Below, piece after piece: positions 41,074 through 54,911 of a stretch of DNA of 64,000 bases. The position numbers and the translations under genes were made by a program. The notes under the pieces were generated by a model. The model did no database searches. It was not told the origin of the DNA and saw only the letters and a list, made by a program, of their open reading frames with translations. The stretch covers positions 67,766,001 to 67,830,000 of the forward strand of contig NC_043005.1 in assembly GCF_006345805.1 (NCBI RefSeq). The letters are read 5' to 3'. The stretch comes from Octopus sinensis. Taxonomy: Eukaryota. Position 1 is the first letter of the stretch; each line of letters begins with the position of its first letter.

Positions 41074-41486
41074 GAATCTTTTCGGTTTGAACGGCAGTTT
41101 TTAACATAATTTCTAGGTAACTAAAAAATTTAAAACTTCGTATAGTGGTAGAATGTGTTTATAAAACATCTTTTTCTCTTGGCTTTATTGAGAAAAGTCT
41201 ATACTTTGTAAGTTATTTGTTGTTTTATTTTTCTTCAGTTTCTCTAATTTCAACCAATCACTGACGTCTATTGGGCTAAAAAACATTCTGTGCCGTATGA
41301 ATATGTCCCTCGTTTAAGAAACAGATTGGGTTTATTTACATTTGTGAAGAAAATAAGATACCCTTCCCCCCACCTCTAACCCTAAAACAGATTGAAATGC
41401 CATAGATCGATACTAGGGTCATAATTATGGGAGACAATTTCATATGACACCGCTAGAAAAAACTGCCGTTCAAACCGAAAGCATCC
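41074..41486. mobile_element. MITE with ~27 bp TIRs
   Basis: atcttttcggtttgaacggcagttttt ... aaaaactgccgttcaaaccgaaagcat. Confidence 0.8.
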
Positions 41487-42639
41487 CCGATGTGATTCCG
41501 AAGAGAAAATCAATAAATATGGTGGTAAAATCTGTAATATAAGAGGTTAACTTCCGGTAATCTAACGCGCCATGTGGTTTCAAATTCAGTTTTTTTTTAA
41601 TTTCTCAAGCGACGTTATTTATTTTTGGAAAAGCATGGACATCAGATTGCTTCAATAGAAAGATCTTACGTTGAATAACAAAGAAACCAATAGATGGAGT
41701 AGATAAAGAGATAAAGTATCGTAAATTCTACATGATACAAAGACGTAGTTTCTCTCGTTATTACTACACTTCCATGTGACTTTCAGCTATATCAGTTTGA
41801 TCTATTTGTTTGACGACGCTTTGCAGAAGCTTGTCATATGTATCCATTACGTGGTGTGTGTGTGTGTGTGTAAGCATGTGTATTTGTATATGTGTCTATT
41901 TCCGAGCAATATTAGTGGTGTGTCGAAAAGTTTAACTTAATTATTCGAGGAATATCTTTTCTTTCATCCTTTACTTGATTCAGTCATTAGACTGCGGCCA
42001 TGCTGGAGCATTTTAGTCAAACGAATCGATCACAGAACATTTTTTTAATGTGGTACTTATTCTATCGAGCTATTTTACCGAACCGCTAAGTTAGGGGAAC
42101 ATAAGCACACCAACCCGGTTGACCACAATCCATTAAAAGAATAAAGAATATAGTGTTTGTTTGCTTGCAACACTGTAATGCATTAACGCTGGGCAAAGAA
42201 GTTCAACAAGTCCGGAATATTTTATGAATTATATTCCAGACGCTGATTCACTGCGTTTAACCAACTCTTCGTCAAAGCATGCAGTGTAGCTCTCAGCTAG
42301 ACGCCTACAGTGTATTTAACTAATGACTGACAATAATAAATCTCTAAACGAGGTATAAACAGTAGCTGCACGACAATGTGAAGTATATTTGCCACATAAA
42401 TGTGGCTAACCCTTAAGGGTTGATGCTACTGTAGCTTGTAGCCCCAGGAGAACATCTCCAGCTGGCTATTGACACACTTTCTGTGCTCTATCAGTATTTG
42501 CAAAGGGAAGTCATCCTTCCCTGACGTGATACGCACAGACCTGAGTTTCTGGGTATTTACCTGTCGTCAGCGCACGACAATCACCGGTCTTCACATGCTT
42601 CACATAATAACTGACACTCTGTCAGTTACGACGACGAGG

Positions 42640-42945
42640 GTCTCAGTTGATCCAATCAACAGAACAGCCTGCTCGTGAAATTAACGTGCAAGTGGCTGAG
42701 TCCTCCACAGACACACGTGCTCTTAACGTAGTTCACAGGGAGAGTCAGCGTGACACAGAATGTGACAAGGCTGGCCCTTTGAAATACTGATACTGCTCAC
42801 CTTTTTTTTTTTTTGCCAGTTGGGTAGACTGGAGCAAGGTGAAATAAAGCGTCTTGCTCAGGGATACAACGCTTCGCTGGGAATTGAACTCATGACTTTA
42901 CGGTCGTGAACCGAATAACCTAACCACTAAACCACGCGCCTTCAC
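42640..42945 (-). mobile_element. tRNA-derived SINE (family C-like head)
   Basis: Minus strand starts gtgaaggcgcgtggtttagtggttagg..gagttcaattcccagc. Confidence 0.75.
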
Positions 42946-43507
42946 TACACTGTATATATAACTAGCAAGACCGTTCAGTAAAGGATTCCCCGCCGTTTGA
43001 CCAGCTACATGTGGGCTTGGAACTGTTCCATGACGGCTGGCTTTGGGCTACATGATAGCAAGGACAACCTCGTTAAACATCACATTATTCTTATCTTCAA
43101 CAATGCAATCAGTTTCGTTTGACTTAAGAGTTCTTTATAACACGTGGCAATTCTATTCATTAGAAGGGGAGGACATGAAACATTTATCTTGCCCATCGTT
43201 ATTTTTTCCGAAACCCCATGAGGAAGGAAACTTCGGAATTCTTACATTCCCTTTCATTTTGTTGCTTTTATTTATTTGTTTATGTAATTATTTATTCATT
43301 TATGTAATTATTTATTTGCTTTTATTTTCATTTTCATTTTCTAATTTTCTACTGACAACATTTTAGTCATTTCGGACAGAGTCTTTTTTTGTGTGTGTGT
43401 CTGCTGTTGAAAGAAATATAGATTTCTTCCGCAAAATTGACTGAAATGAATGGTAAAATAATGAATGATAAAACGGTTTTAAGTTTAATTTCATATATGT
43501 TTATAGG

Positions 43508-43555
<48 letters not shown>

Positions 43556-44745
43556 AAAAAAAGAAAGAAAGAAAGAAAGAAAGAAGCGTTACTAAATTGT
43601 GTCTATTCTCACGCTTGCTGTTTCATTGTACAAAGAAAAAAGTTGTATAAAAGAAGCGTAAGAAGTTCCGTTTTATTTAAATTGAAATAAGAAGAAAATC
43701 GAAAGGATTAAAAATATATACGGCATAAAGCGAGAATGTGTAAATTTGATTGAAAAACACAATAAGAAACACTGGAAGCCAGAAATAAAACAATATTTAG
43801 TGGTTTGGTAAAATTGAGTAGACGTTTGTCAATAAATTAGACCATACGTAGGTTTCTTGTATGTAGACGTTAATCTGTCAGAATGCTATAAAATGTTACA
43901 ACCATTTGCAAAATAAAAGAAAAACAAAAAAGAAGTGATAGGTTTTGCGTGTTATACATGTGTGTTTTATAGCTACTGAGTGTGTTTGTATGTGTGTGCG
44001 ACTATTATATCTTAAAATATTTTCTATGTGGAAGGTTAAGTTGTTTGAGACACAGACATGACGACAGAGATTAATATGAATTCCTATGGGCGAGGAAGGC
44101 AAGTTGACAGCTATTATTGAACGCCAGGCTAAATGCCTCGAAGTATTTAGTTTCTTTCGTATATTTTCTCGACTCCAAGACCTCTAGAGTCTTCTAAAAT
44201 ATATAGGGTTAAAAAAAAGAACTATATTGCACTGAGATCATTTCCTTACACTTACAAATAAACTTTATTTTACTGAGTCAAAAAAATATACTGCCAATCA
44301 ATTTCTTGATGACACGGACGAAAATAAGGTTTTTCTTTCTGTCAATCTTTCTTCTTGATATTGGAAATAGATTCCTTATATTTAAACCAGTCATGGCCAA
44401 ACTGCGGCCCTCCAGACTTTCTAAATAGCATGCTAATAAAAACTTACCCTAAATTTTTTAGTTGTATGGTCCGCTTGATGATGGTCCATGTCTCATGTGG
44501 CTCGTTTCTCGTAAAAGATTGCCCTTGCCAGATCCAAACCTAAAGCAAATTCTTTTAGGGAAGGGTAGGTATCTAAATCGCCCCAGCTGTCTCTAATGTT
44601 ATCACTATTAAATGCAATATTCAACTACGCCTGTGCAAACTATATTTAATGCTAATTCATTTAATTTGTTGTGTTTAGGTTAGCTATATCTTCCTATCTA
44701 GAACCACGAAGATATAAAAACTTTGTTCCACTAACAAAAGCAGTG

Positions 44746-45175
44746 AAGGCGTGTGGCTTAGTGGTTAGGGTGTAGGACTCATGATTGTAAGATTCCTGGA
44801 CAGGGTGATGCATTGTGTTCTTGTACAACGTACTTCATTTCATACTGTTCCAATCCACTAAACATTCAAAAATGAGTATTCCTGCGACTGACCGGCGTCC
44901 TGGCTCATGAGGGTGGGCATATGTATATACGCCAGAGACTCCGGGAAACCATCTCTATGAGTCTGTATTACTCAGAAAGGAGCTAAGGAGCTTTAGCCTT
45001 TTTTTGCGACCCCTGTTGTACTCTTTCGCCCCAACTTTCTCTCACTCTTTATTCTTGTTTCTTAGGTAACGCTGTGATGGACTGGCGTCCCGTCCAGCTG
45101 GGGGGGAACACATACGCCACAGAAACCGGGAAACCGGGCCCATGAGCCAGGTTAGGCTTGAAAAGGGCGAAAAAC
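44746..45175 (+). mobile_element. SINE family C, with internally repeated tail
   Basis: gaaggcgtgtggcttagtggttagggtg head; gactg(g)c(g)cgtcc..catacgcc..gaaac unit occurs twice. Confidence 0.75.
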
Positions 45176-45552
45176 AACATTCTAAGTAAGGCGAGCCTCG
45201 TTTACTCCATATTTGACCCAGTTTGTCACCACAAAACTATAACCTTGATGAGGTTTATGTATTGCCTCAATTTTAGCTATGTTATATCCCGCACACTAAT
45301 ATCTGTTTAAATCTGTATATAAACACACGCACACACGCATTAATTAATGTATTACAGTGTGCAACATGATTGTTGTCCTTGGGTAGCAACTGCTATTTCC
45401 TATTTGCTTACCCCTAGAACGTTTGAGATACGGCTAGTAGTTCCTTCAAATTTTGCTTTTGTTACACATATTCGAACCCCAAAGAAACCCTCTCAAAATA
45501 CGGCCATAATACCCCCTCCCTCCAACTACTCATGATCAGAGATGTACGTATT

Positions 45553-45764
45553 CTTTTCTACTCTAGGCACGAGGCCTGAAATTTGGAGGAAGGGGCCAGT
45601 CGATTAGATCGACCCCAGTACGTAACTGGTACTTAATTTATCGACCCCGAAAGGATGAAAGGCAAAGTCGACCTCGGCGGAATTTGAACTCACAACCTAA
45701 CGACAGACGAAATACCGCAAAGTATTTCGGCCAGCGTGTTACGTTTCTGCCAGCTGGCCGCCTT
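45553..45764 (-). mobile_element. SINE family A monomer (tail 2) inserted in the family-N variant
   Basis: Degenerate TSD gatgtacgtattct / aatgcacatattct. Confidence 0.9.
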
Positions 45765-46479
45765 AGGAAATGCACATATTCTCAGCCATTAAAGGATATA
45801 CTCAAATGGTTAAGGTCAAGCAATTGACAAGGAAATCTCTGGTATTGAGCAGAATATTTGCTATAACGATATTTCTGCTTCAGATACTCAGCGCTGAATC
45901 TGTCTGAAATGTAATGGAAAATAGATCAGCTTCAACACATTGACGTCCAGGTCACAAAATCAAAGTCTGAAGAGCGCAGTAGCCATTTCCTCTGATTTCT
46001 AGATAGAAGCAAATAGGAAGTAACACTTTCCGACCAAAGTCAAAACAAAAATTTTGTTAGTGTTATTTGATATTGTTTGTTAACTTGTCGAAAACAACAA
46101 TATATTTACTGGTGGTTGAACTCTACACAGTTAATAGAGTAAATATATTTTGGATAGTGATTTGATGGGACTTAAATTTTTGACGTTAACTGCTTATTTA
46201 ACCAATCTCCTTGAAAAAGTTAAAGCAATCAATACTATGAATATATATGTATTATATAAGAATTTAATATATGTCTGTGTGTGTGTGTGTATTTTATGAA
46301 CTATACGTGCGTTTGTGTATGTATAGAAGGCAGCAGATTGGGAAAATCGTTAGAAAAATGCTTTGTGGTATTTAGTTACGTCCCTTTAAGTTCTAGATTT
46401 GATATTTCACTCGAATCGATAAAATAAAATAAAACCTCTAGTCAAGCAATTGATTACATTTATCCGCCTTGGTGGGTGT

Positions 46480-46549
46480 ATGCATAAATAATGTGTGTGT
46501 GTGTGCGCGCGCATGTATCTGTTTATGTGTATGTGTACATATATATATA

Positions 46550-46590
<41 letters not shown>

Positions 46591-46742
46591 CATGTATATA
46601 CATATTTACTTATATATGTATATATGTATATATACATATATATATGTGTGTATGCATATATATATATATACATGTATATGTGTATGTATATATATACATA
46701 CATAAATATATGTGTGCGTGTATGTATGTATTTATGTGTACG

Positions 46743-46774
<32 letters not shown>

Positions 46775-46975
46775 ACATAAATATATTTACTTATATATGT
46801 ATATATGTATATATACATATATATATATATGTGTGTATGCATATATATATACATATATATGTGTATGTATATATATATATACATACATACATACATAAAT
46901 ATATGTGTATGTATGTATGTATGTATGTATGTATGTTTGTTTGTATGTATGTATGTATGTATGTATGTATGTATG
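46480..46975. repeat. TA/TG/TATG compound microsatellite with a higher-order duplication
   Basis: Block atatttacttatatatg..cataaatatatgtgt occurs at about 46600 and again at about 46780. Confidence 0.9.
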
Positions 46976-47882
46976 ACTATAAGCACATAAAGAGGGAGAG
47001 AGTGGAGAAGAGATAGATAATATGTGGGAAGCGTATTTGTTTGTGTGTATATATATTCACATATATTGCCATTATGTTGGCCCTTCTCCAAAGTATCGTA
47101 GCACTTTTCTAGTCAGTCGTAAAGTAATTTGATTCTGAACATTGATAAGAAATAAGAGAATAATATTTCTATCTGAAAGCCACAGATGACGAAGTCGTAA
47201 ACATACGGAGCGTATCACATCATTAGATTATAAGCAAGACAACATCATAACCATTTAACCCTCACTGACCCAGAACCATCTAAATTCTAAATTTAGCCTC
47301 TGGGTTTTTTTTGTCTTTTTATCTTGAAGTACGAAATACGAATAGTGAAACGTGGCAAAGACTCTCAAGAGAGCAGAAATATTTCTCCACCTTTTAGCAC
47401 CATGAAAACCTGAGATAATGTACAGTATATTAGGATATACTCTGGTAACACTTGTCATTAAAAGTGAAGTGTAGGCTAATAGATCAATTCTTAATAAATG
47501 TTTCATAGACAAGGCGGTGAGATGCCAGAGTCGTTAACACGCCGAGAAAAATGCTTAGAAGTATTTTCTCCATCCTTACGTTGATTTCAAATTCCGCTGA
47601 GGTTGACTTTGTCTTTTCTTCTTTCAGGATCGATAAAATGAGTACCGGTTGAACACTAGGGTCGATGTAATCGATTTATCCTCTCCCTCAAAATTGCTGG
47701 CTTTGTGCCAATACCGTGAAACCAATGTATGTTTCATATTAAACTGATTATTTACAGGTCAGAAGCGACCCTAAGGATATTTCAAATCAGAGCGTCGGGT
47801 ATTGGTACTAAATACTGAAAAGAGTCTAAACCAACGGTCTCCAGCTTCTGCTCCGCCATCCTCAGAATGCTCAATACATCAT

Positions 47883-48464
47883 GTTCTATTCTAGACACAA
47901 GGCCCGAAATTTGAGGGAAGGGAGCAGTCGATTAGATCGACCCCAGTACGCAACTGGTGGTACTTAATTTATCAACCCCGAAAGAATGAAAGGCAAAGTC
48001 GACCTCGGCGGAATTTGAACTCAGAACGTAGCGGCAGACGAAATACCTATTTCTTTACTACCCACAAGGGGCTAAACACAGAAGGGACAAACAAAGACAG
48101 ACAAACGGATTAAGTCGATTACATCGACCCAAGTGCGTAACTGTTACTTAATTTATTGATCCCGAAAGGATGAAAGGCAAAGTCGACCTCGGCAGAAGTT
48201 GAACTCAGATCGTAAAGACAGACGAAATACGTATTTCTTTACTACCCACAAGGGGCTAAACACAGAGAGGTCAAACAAGGACAGACAAACGGATTAAGTC
48301 GATTACATCGACCCAAGTGCGTAACTGGTACTTAATTTATTGATCACGAAAGGATGAAAGGCAAAGTCGACCTCGGCAGAAGTTGAACTCAGATCGTAAA
48401 GACAGACGAAATACCGCTAAGCATTTTGTCCGGTGTGCTAACGTTTCTGCCAGCTCGCCACCTT
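47883..48464 (-). mobile_element. SINE family A trimer with 15 bp TSD
   Basis: Head plus three ~185 bp units; TSD gaatgctcaatacat / gagtgctcaacacat. Confidence 0.92.
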
Positions 48465-48752
48465 GAGTGCTCAACACATTGCAGCCGAAATGACAAATGT
48501 ATTGTTTAATATTACAGTTTCCAACTCTTTATCAACTATTGATTTACCTTCGAGTAGAAATAGCAACCAGGTCTTATTCGAACCACAACCTAACTTCTTA
48601 AAAAAGTTAAATACGCATTTTTGTTCTATACTTTGAACGTGTTTGGTCGTAGGTCTCTTCGATCGGAGTTTACTTAAGATTATTAGAATTCAAGCCTTGT
48701 GCCTACAGTAGAAAGGGTTGTTATTATCATTATCATTATTATTATTATTATT

Positions 48753-49306
48753 GAGTGAGAGAGCAGTGCATGCCATCAAAGTGACACTGGGGTAAAATAT
48801 ACGAAGCCCAATATGCCCAACATGACTACCCGTCTGATAAAGGTACACCAGGCACATGCATCACAACCATATGTGCGCGACATGGTGATCTCATATCAAG
48901 ATAAACAGCACATGACCTTGCAGGTGGGGCCCAGTTAGAATTTTCTTCAGATTGAGTAGCCCATCCCGCTCAAAAGGTCCCTGAATGAGGGTTGTTTAAG
49001 GATGTTGAAAGAACCACCCATGTTTCCAGAGATGAATTATTCAAACCCCAAAGAATCCCTCTCAACACATGGCTATGATGCTCCCCCACTACTTCTGCTC
49101 GTGATCAGAGATGCACATATCGTCAGCCACTAAGGGACATGCTCAACTGGTTAAGGTCAAACAACTGACAAGCAAATCTGTGGTATTGAGCAGAATATTT
49201 GCTGTAGCCCATCTTTTATACCAAAACAAAACAATGTACATGATAACACCTCCAATCAGTTAAGATCAGAAGCCATGAGAGCCACTGCTTGGTACTGTAT
49301 CAGGGC

Positions 49307-49309
<3 letters not shown>
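48753..49309 (-). mobile_element. Family N full copy
   Basis: Reverse complement of 14704-15260, flanked by (ATT)n on both sides. Confidence 0.9.
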
Positions 49310-49371
<62 letters not shown>

Positions 49372-49411
49372 TATTATTATTATTATTGAGTGAGTGAGAG
49401 AGCAGTGCATG

Positions 49412-49870
49412 TAAAAACTGTGGCCAGCAAAACCTACTCTGCATTGAGCAACAATAGTACATGGGGGAATATGTCGCTAAATCTCGTCTTTCGCTATGTT
49501 GTCACCCCATGCGATGCTTTGAACCCTTGTGAAAAACTTAGTGTACATGCCATCAAGGAGATCTTAAAGATTTTTCATAGCCCAGATTTCGGTTCTGTAA
49601 AAAAAAACAGAAATGTTGTCTACACTAAACTTAATGAAGCAGCGTTGTTGACTATGAAATATTTGATCGCTAAATACTGCGAAGCTTGAAACATGCACTT
49701 CAAGGACTGTCCTTGCGTGTCTTTCTTATAATCAGTAACATAATGCCCAAGGTATTTAATGTCACTGACCTTCGTGAGTTGTGTGCTATCGTTGGAACAA
49801 ATTCGCAGGCGGCTTTTATCCCTAATGATGATCATGTACTCCATCCTCTTTGGATTGAGAAACAGATCGA
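49412..49870 (-). mobile_element. RTE-clade LINE fragment (RT C-terminus/thumb)
   Basis: Minus translation LNPKRMEYM..LTKVSDIKYLGHYV..EIWAM..LDGMYTK..RVGFAGHSF, with frameshifts. Confidence 0.75.
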
Positions 49871-49874
49871 CCAT

Positions 49875-50038
49875 AGGCGTAGGAGTGGCTGTGTGGTGAG
49901 TAGATTGCTTACGAACCACATGGTTCCCGGTTCAGTTCCACTGTGTGGTACCTTGGGCAAGTGTCTTCTACTATAGCCTCGGACTAACCAAAGCCTTGTG
50001 AGTGGATTTGGTAGGCGGAAACTGAAAGAAGCCCGTCG

Positions 50039-50089
<51 letters not shown>

Positions 50090-50316
50090 ATGTGTATGTG
50101 CATATGTTTGGGTGTCTGTGTTTGTCCCCCAACATCACTTGACAACCGATGCTAGTGCGTTTACGTCCCCGTAACTTAGCGGTTCGACGAAAGAGACCGA
50201 TAGAATAAGTACTAGGCTTGCAAGGAATAAGTTCTGGGGGCGATTTGCTCGACTAAAGGCGGTGCTCCAGCATGGCCACAGTCAAATGACTGAAACAAGT
50301 AAAAGAGTAAAAGAGT
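49875..50316 (+). mobile_element. tRNA-derived SINE family B with internal (TA)n(TG)n
   Basis: Head aggcgtaggagtggctgtgtgg..ggttcagttcc; tail gtcaaatgactgaaacaagtaaaagagtaaaagag. Other copies at 52473-52880 (-), 54665-54943, 57362-57600 and 58233-58460. Confidence 0.9.
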
Positions 50317-52472
50317 AACCGCTTTAGCATTCTGAAGAAATACTAACAAATCTCGAAGGCGTATATCTATGTAAAAGACACAAAAGAAATTCTTGGATGT
50401 TATATGCTTACCCTATGATGTTGAGCAGCCATCAGAAGTAGCCAGTTGAAACTATCATCGTTTGATCTGAGGCTGGATAGTGAAGAGATCTTTTGCTGCC
50501 TTCTCCACCGCAACCGAAGTATTTAAACTTAATATTCCAAGTTAAATCAGGACCCAATAATACTGGAGTAGTTGTTACGTTAAAGAGTTGTAACGGCTCA
50601 TAATTCTTATTACAGCTTAACAGCAGCGTAGTAAATGCTCTCAGCACCCGAAAGCAAATAGCAAGGTATAATAAGCAGGAAGAAAATTCGCGTGCTATAA
50701 CAGCTGCAACCGAAGGCACCTTCCTCATTCTCCTTAACTGCTACGCCTCTACAACTTAATGGATTTACCATGAACACAGAGCAAGTTAGTTGGTGGTTTG
50801 TAACCGTGCATCGTTCACTCTTTCATTAGTATTTTATAGTTACTCTGTAACTCAAGAAACTGTCTGCCTACTAAAATCAAACTTTATAAGAACTGACCCA
50901 GCTTCCATTTACTGAACGTATGTCCGATGACCCACCGTTTACCCAATAATATACTATAATTACCGATTGAAAAGCTGTGTCGTGTCTTTTCTTGCATAAC
51001 TTTGTCATTTCGATTAACTTAACAACAATACTTTTATCTTGTCTATCTTCTATATTTACTAATTCTCCTTTACTAATATATACCTAAATCTACACGTTTA
51101 TTAATGCATGAAGGATAATGTTCCGTTACTGTTAGATACCTGTTGATGCATGTGTATTTCTACGCTTGCTGACTAACAGCCAATGCAATCAAGAACCAAG
51201 TTGGATTTGCGGTTTTTCTTTTTTCTTCTATAAGATAGAGATAATGTTTGAAGTGATAGATTTTCCTTCTTTTTAGTAATTTATCATACAGAACTTCCAG
51301 ACTGGTGAGTTGTTGCTGTTGTTTGGCCCCCAAGTGAGCACTAGCCGAGCAGACACAATATTTACCGTCCTGTCTGTTTATATATCAAAGATTATATTGT
51401 CCAAAACGTCCTTCTTTTAAAGATGGGTGTGTATATTTTTTAGAGATTTTGCAACAAGACACTCAAATGCTGGCTCGACTTGAGTTGTGGATTGATGCGA
51501 ATGATAATATGCACAACTAAATATTTTCCTTATCATTCTAAATTATGAAATCGATAAAATACGAACAATCGTTTTGTAAGCCATGGTACATACACGTCTG
51601 CATTATGCAGTACTAACTTTTATGAAGATGCATGATGTTGAGGAAGATTGAGTTAGAATTTCTAACAATTTCAATTTATTAGCTATTTCCTGAACAAAGA
51701 TATACTACGGTTCCGGATTTTATTTCTCAAAATTTGATTTCTTCATATGAAGAAAATCTTACTCCTTACAGAATAGTGTCGATTTGATGGGTTTTAACAA
51801 ATTTAACACATTTCTTGATAAACATTATTTCTGACTAATATACTTAAAAGTAACTTTTCTTCAGAATGTAAATGAACTTAACAACTTACTCACATTAAAA
51901 TAGTTTAGATTTACACTAAAATTTCACTTGTGTCTAATATCGATTAATACAGTCTGAACGAAGAAAAGTGTTTCTCCAACTGATAAAAATATTGCTTAAA
52001 GCTGTAAAAAGAAAAGAAACATAAAATATATTTTTCGGCAAATATTTCGCACTTAATATAACCCATTTGCACCTAAAACTTTTGTCACGTAAGACAAAAT
52101 ATCCACCAAAAAAAAACCTTAATCTGCGAGTCAGTTTTATTTCTATTCAAGGTTATATCGTATCAATTAAACAACAGGCATCCTGGAGAATTTTATAAAT
52201 GAATCAACTCTTAATTTTCTCTTGTAAAACTGAGGCATACCGTTCGCTGAATGAAAAAAAATTAAAACGTTTATCTTGTGGTGAGAGTTTGAAAGCTCTT
52301 GGCATTCTGATGACGACATTTCATTTATAACAGCATCAACATTTAGACTGAAAATAACGATTCCAAATTTCTCCTTTGTAAGGTAATGATCATATGTCAA
52401 GTAAAATATAATACAAAAGGTGAAAGACATCTGATATAAATATGACAACAAATATACTAGTTTGCGTTTTCA

Positions 52473-52880
52473 TACTCTTTTACTCTTTTACTTGTTTCAG
52501 TCATTTGACTGCGGCCATGCTGGAGCACCGCCTTTAGTCGAGCAAATAGACCCCAGGACTTATTTTTGTAAGCCTAGTACTTGTTCTATCGGTCGCTTTT
52601 GCCGAATCGCTAAGTTACGGGGATGTAAACACCAGCATCGGTTGTCAAGCGATGTTGGGGGACAAACACAGACACGCATACATATATATATATATATACA
52701 TACATACATATATACGGCGGGCTTCTTTTCAGTTTTCCGTCTATCAAATCCACTCACAAGGCTTTGGTCGGTCCGAGGCTATAGTAGAAGACACTTGCCC
52801 AAGGTGCCACGCAGTGGGACTGAACCCGGAACCATGTGGTTGGTAAGCAAGCTACTTACCACACAGCCACGTTACGCCTA
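52473..52880 (-). mobile_element. SINE family B full copy
   Basis: Reverse complement of 49875-50316. Confidence 0.9.
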
Positions 52881-54861
52881 TTGAAAATATCTTGCAATGT
52901 AAAAGCATGATGCTTTTAACTCTTTTCTCGTGACGTCAATATCATCCTAGAAATTAAGATGGCAATCTGGCTGAATTGTCTGCACGCCGGCAAAATGATT
53001 AACGCGATCCCGCCCGTCTTTATGATCGAAGTTCAAATTCCGCCGTGGTCGAGATTGCCGTTCATCCTTTCAGGAGTCAATAAAATAAGTACTGAGTTCG
53101 GTGGGTGGGGTCGATGTAATCGAGTTAGCCCCTTCATCGAAATTGCTGGCCTTGTGCCGAAATTAGTAACCAATATCAGTCTAGGAAATATGACGCCAGT
53201 GTATTTCCAACGAACTTTATTGGTGCAGCAGATGTTAAAACAGTTTATTTATTTACGTTTTTTTTTTTTACATGTTAGTCAACAGGAGAAGGACAGTTAC
53301 CTGACCTTTTATTTTTCAGAGCCTCATAGACTGATAAGAAAATGAGACAAAATTAATGTCAAATCTTAGCCTCCGGTCTTGCAACAGAATGAACTCCTCT
53401 GGTGGTGCTAAACTAACGACACCCAAGAAATCAGACATAGACAAATACCACAAAGCAACTTGTTTGGTGCTCCAACAATTCCGTCAGTCCAGAGCCTTGG
53501 AATGCTACCATATTTTACCAACACTGAAAGGATGAAAGGCAAAGTTGACTTCGGTGGGATTTGAACTCAGAAAGCCAGCGCACCGATTCGACACATTTTT
53601 TTTTTTTTTTGCTACGCTCTTATGACTGCCACTTCGCCTAAAATTAAGAGGAAATGTCCTATCTTATAAGTTATTATTGTTTTTTAGTTTGTTTATTTTG
53701 TTTTGAAACTGTAAGCTAAATTTGCGTAAAGGTATATATAAATATATGTGCATAGGTACATATCTTAATATATCTGAGTCAGTAAGATTGTGTGTCATAT
53801 GATTCAGTGTCCATTCCTCTCCAAACATCACATAAGCAAACATTTGAACTAAGAAGTTCAAACTAACAGAATATTCTCAATCTTCTACAAAGTAGTTATT
53901 TACATCAGCTTGAAATAGTCTGTTTAAGAATTAAATGTTTTCTCCATAGACACAGTGCAATAACGCCAGAAGCAGGATATGAATGGCGAACGTTTCGATA
54001 ATGTGACTGGGGCCTTATTAACTTTGCTATCTGTAACTATTTGCATAAATAGATAATATAAATACGTCTTTTCATTTCCAATAGCTGTGAATATTTACAC
54101 AAAACTATTTTGTTTACGATTATTAAATACTTGTTTGCGTTCAGTTTTGGTTTGCAATCACTGAAGGGAAATCGACTATAAAAACTTTCTTTTGAATTAT
54201 AAACCTTTCTGGCCAAACTGAAAAATATTTTGGCATTTGCATAAATACAGAGTTTCCTTGTTCCCACGTAAAATTTGAACTTCGACATTAATTTCCTTGC
54301 CAGTAAAATAAACTCACTAAATATGTTAGAAGCTTCGCTGAATATTCCAAATGTTTCCTGATACAATTTCTATTATGCTTCAGGTATGATAAGTTTTCTG
54401 TAATATAATTTACAACGCATATCGCATACACACGCATGCGCACACACACTCATACACACACACACACACACACACATACACACACACATGCTCACGTTCA
54501 CACACACTTTAATGCACACAAAGAAACACAATCACCGCTCACAAATATACATTTCATTGCTAACAAATATAAATAAATAAGCAAAACTCTTTTACGTATC
54601 TACAATTTTAACGAATATACACCTGCCCACACGTGCACATGTGTGTGTGTATATATATATATATACGGGCGTAGGAGAGTCTGTGTGGTAAGTAGCTTGC
54701 TTACCAACTTACCAACCACATGGTTCTGGGTTCAGTCCCACTGCGTGGCACCTTGGGCAAGTGTCTTCTACTGTAGCCTCGGGCCGACCAAAGCCTTGTG
54801 AGTGGATTTGGTAGAGGGAAACTGAAAGAAGCCCGTTGTATATATGTGTATATGCGTGTGT

Positions 54862-54911
<50 letters not shown>

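Noticed and set aside
50432-50780. 98 aa minus-strand ORF and a nearby short hydrophobic ORF as a possible exon
   Set aside because: No recognisable homology, no convincing acceptor/donor pair; length is within chance expectation.
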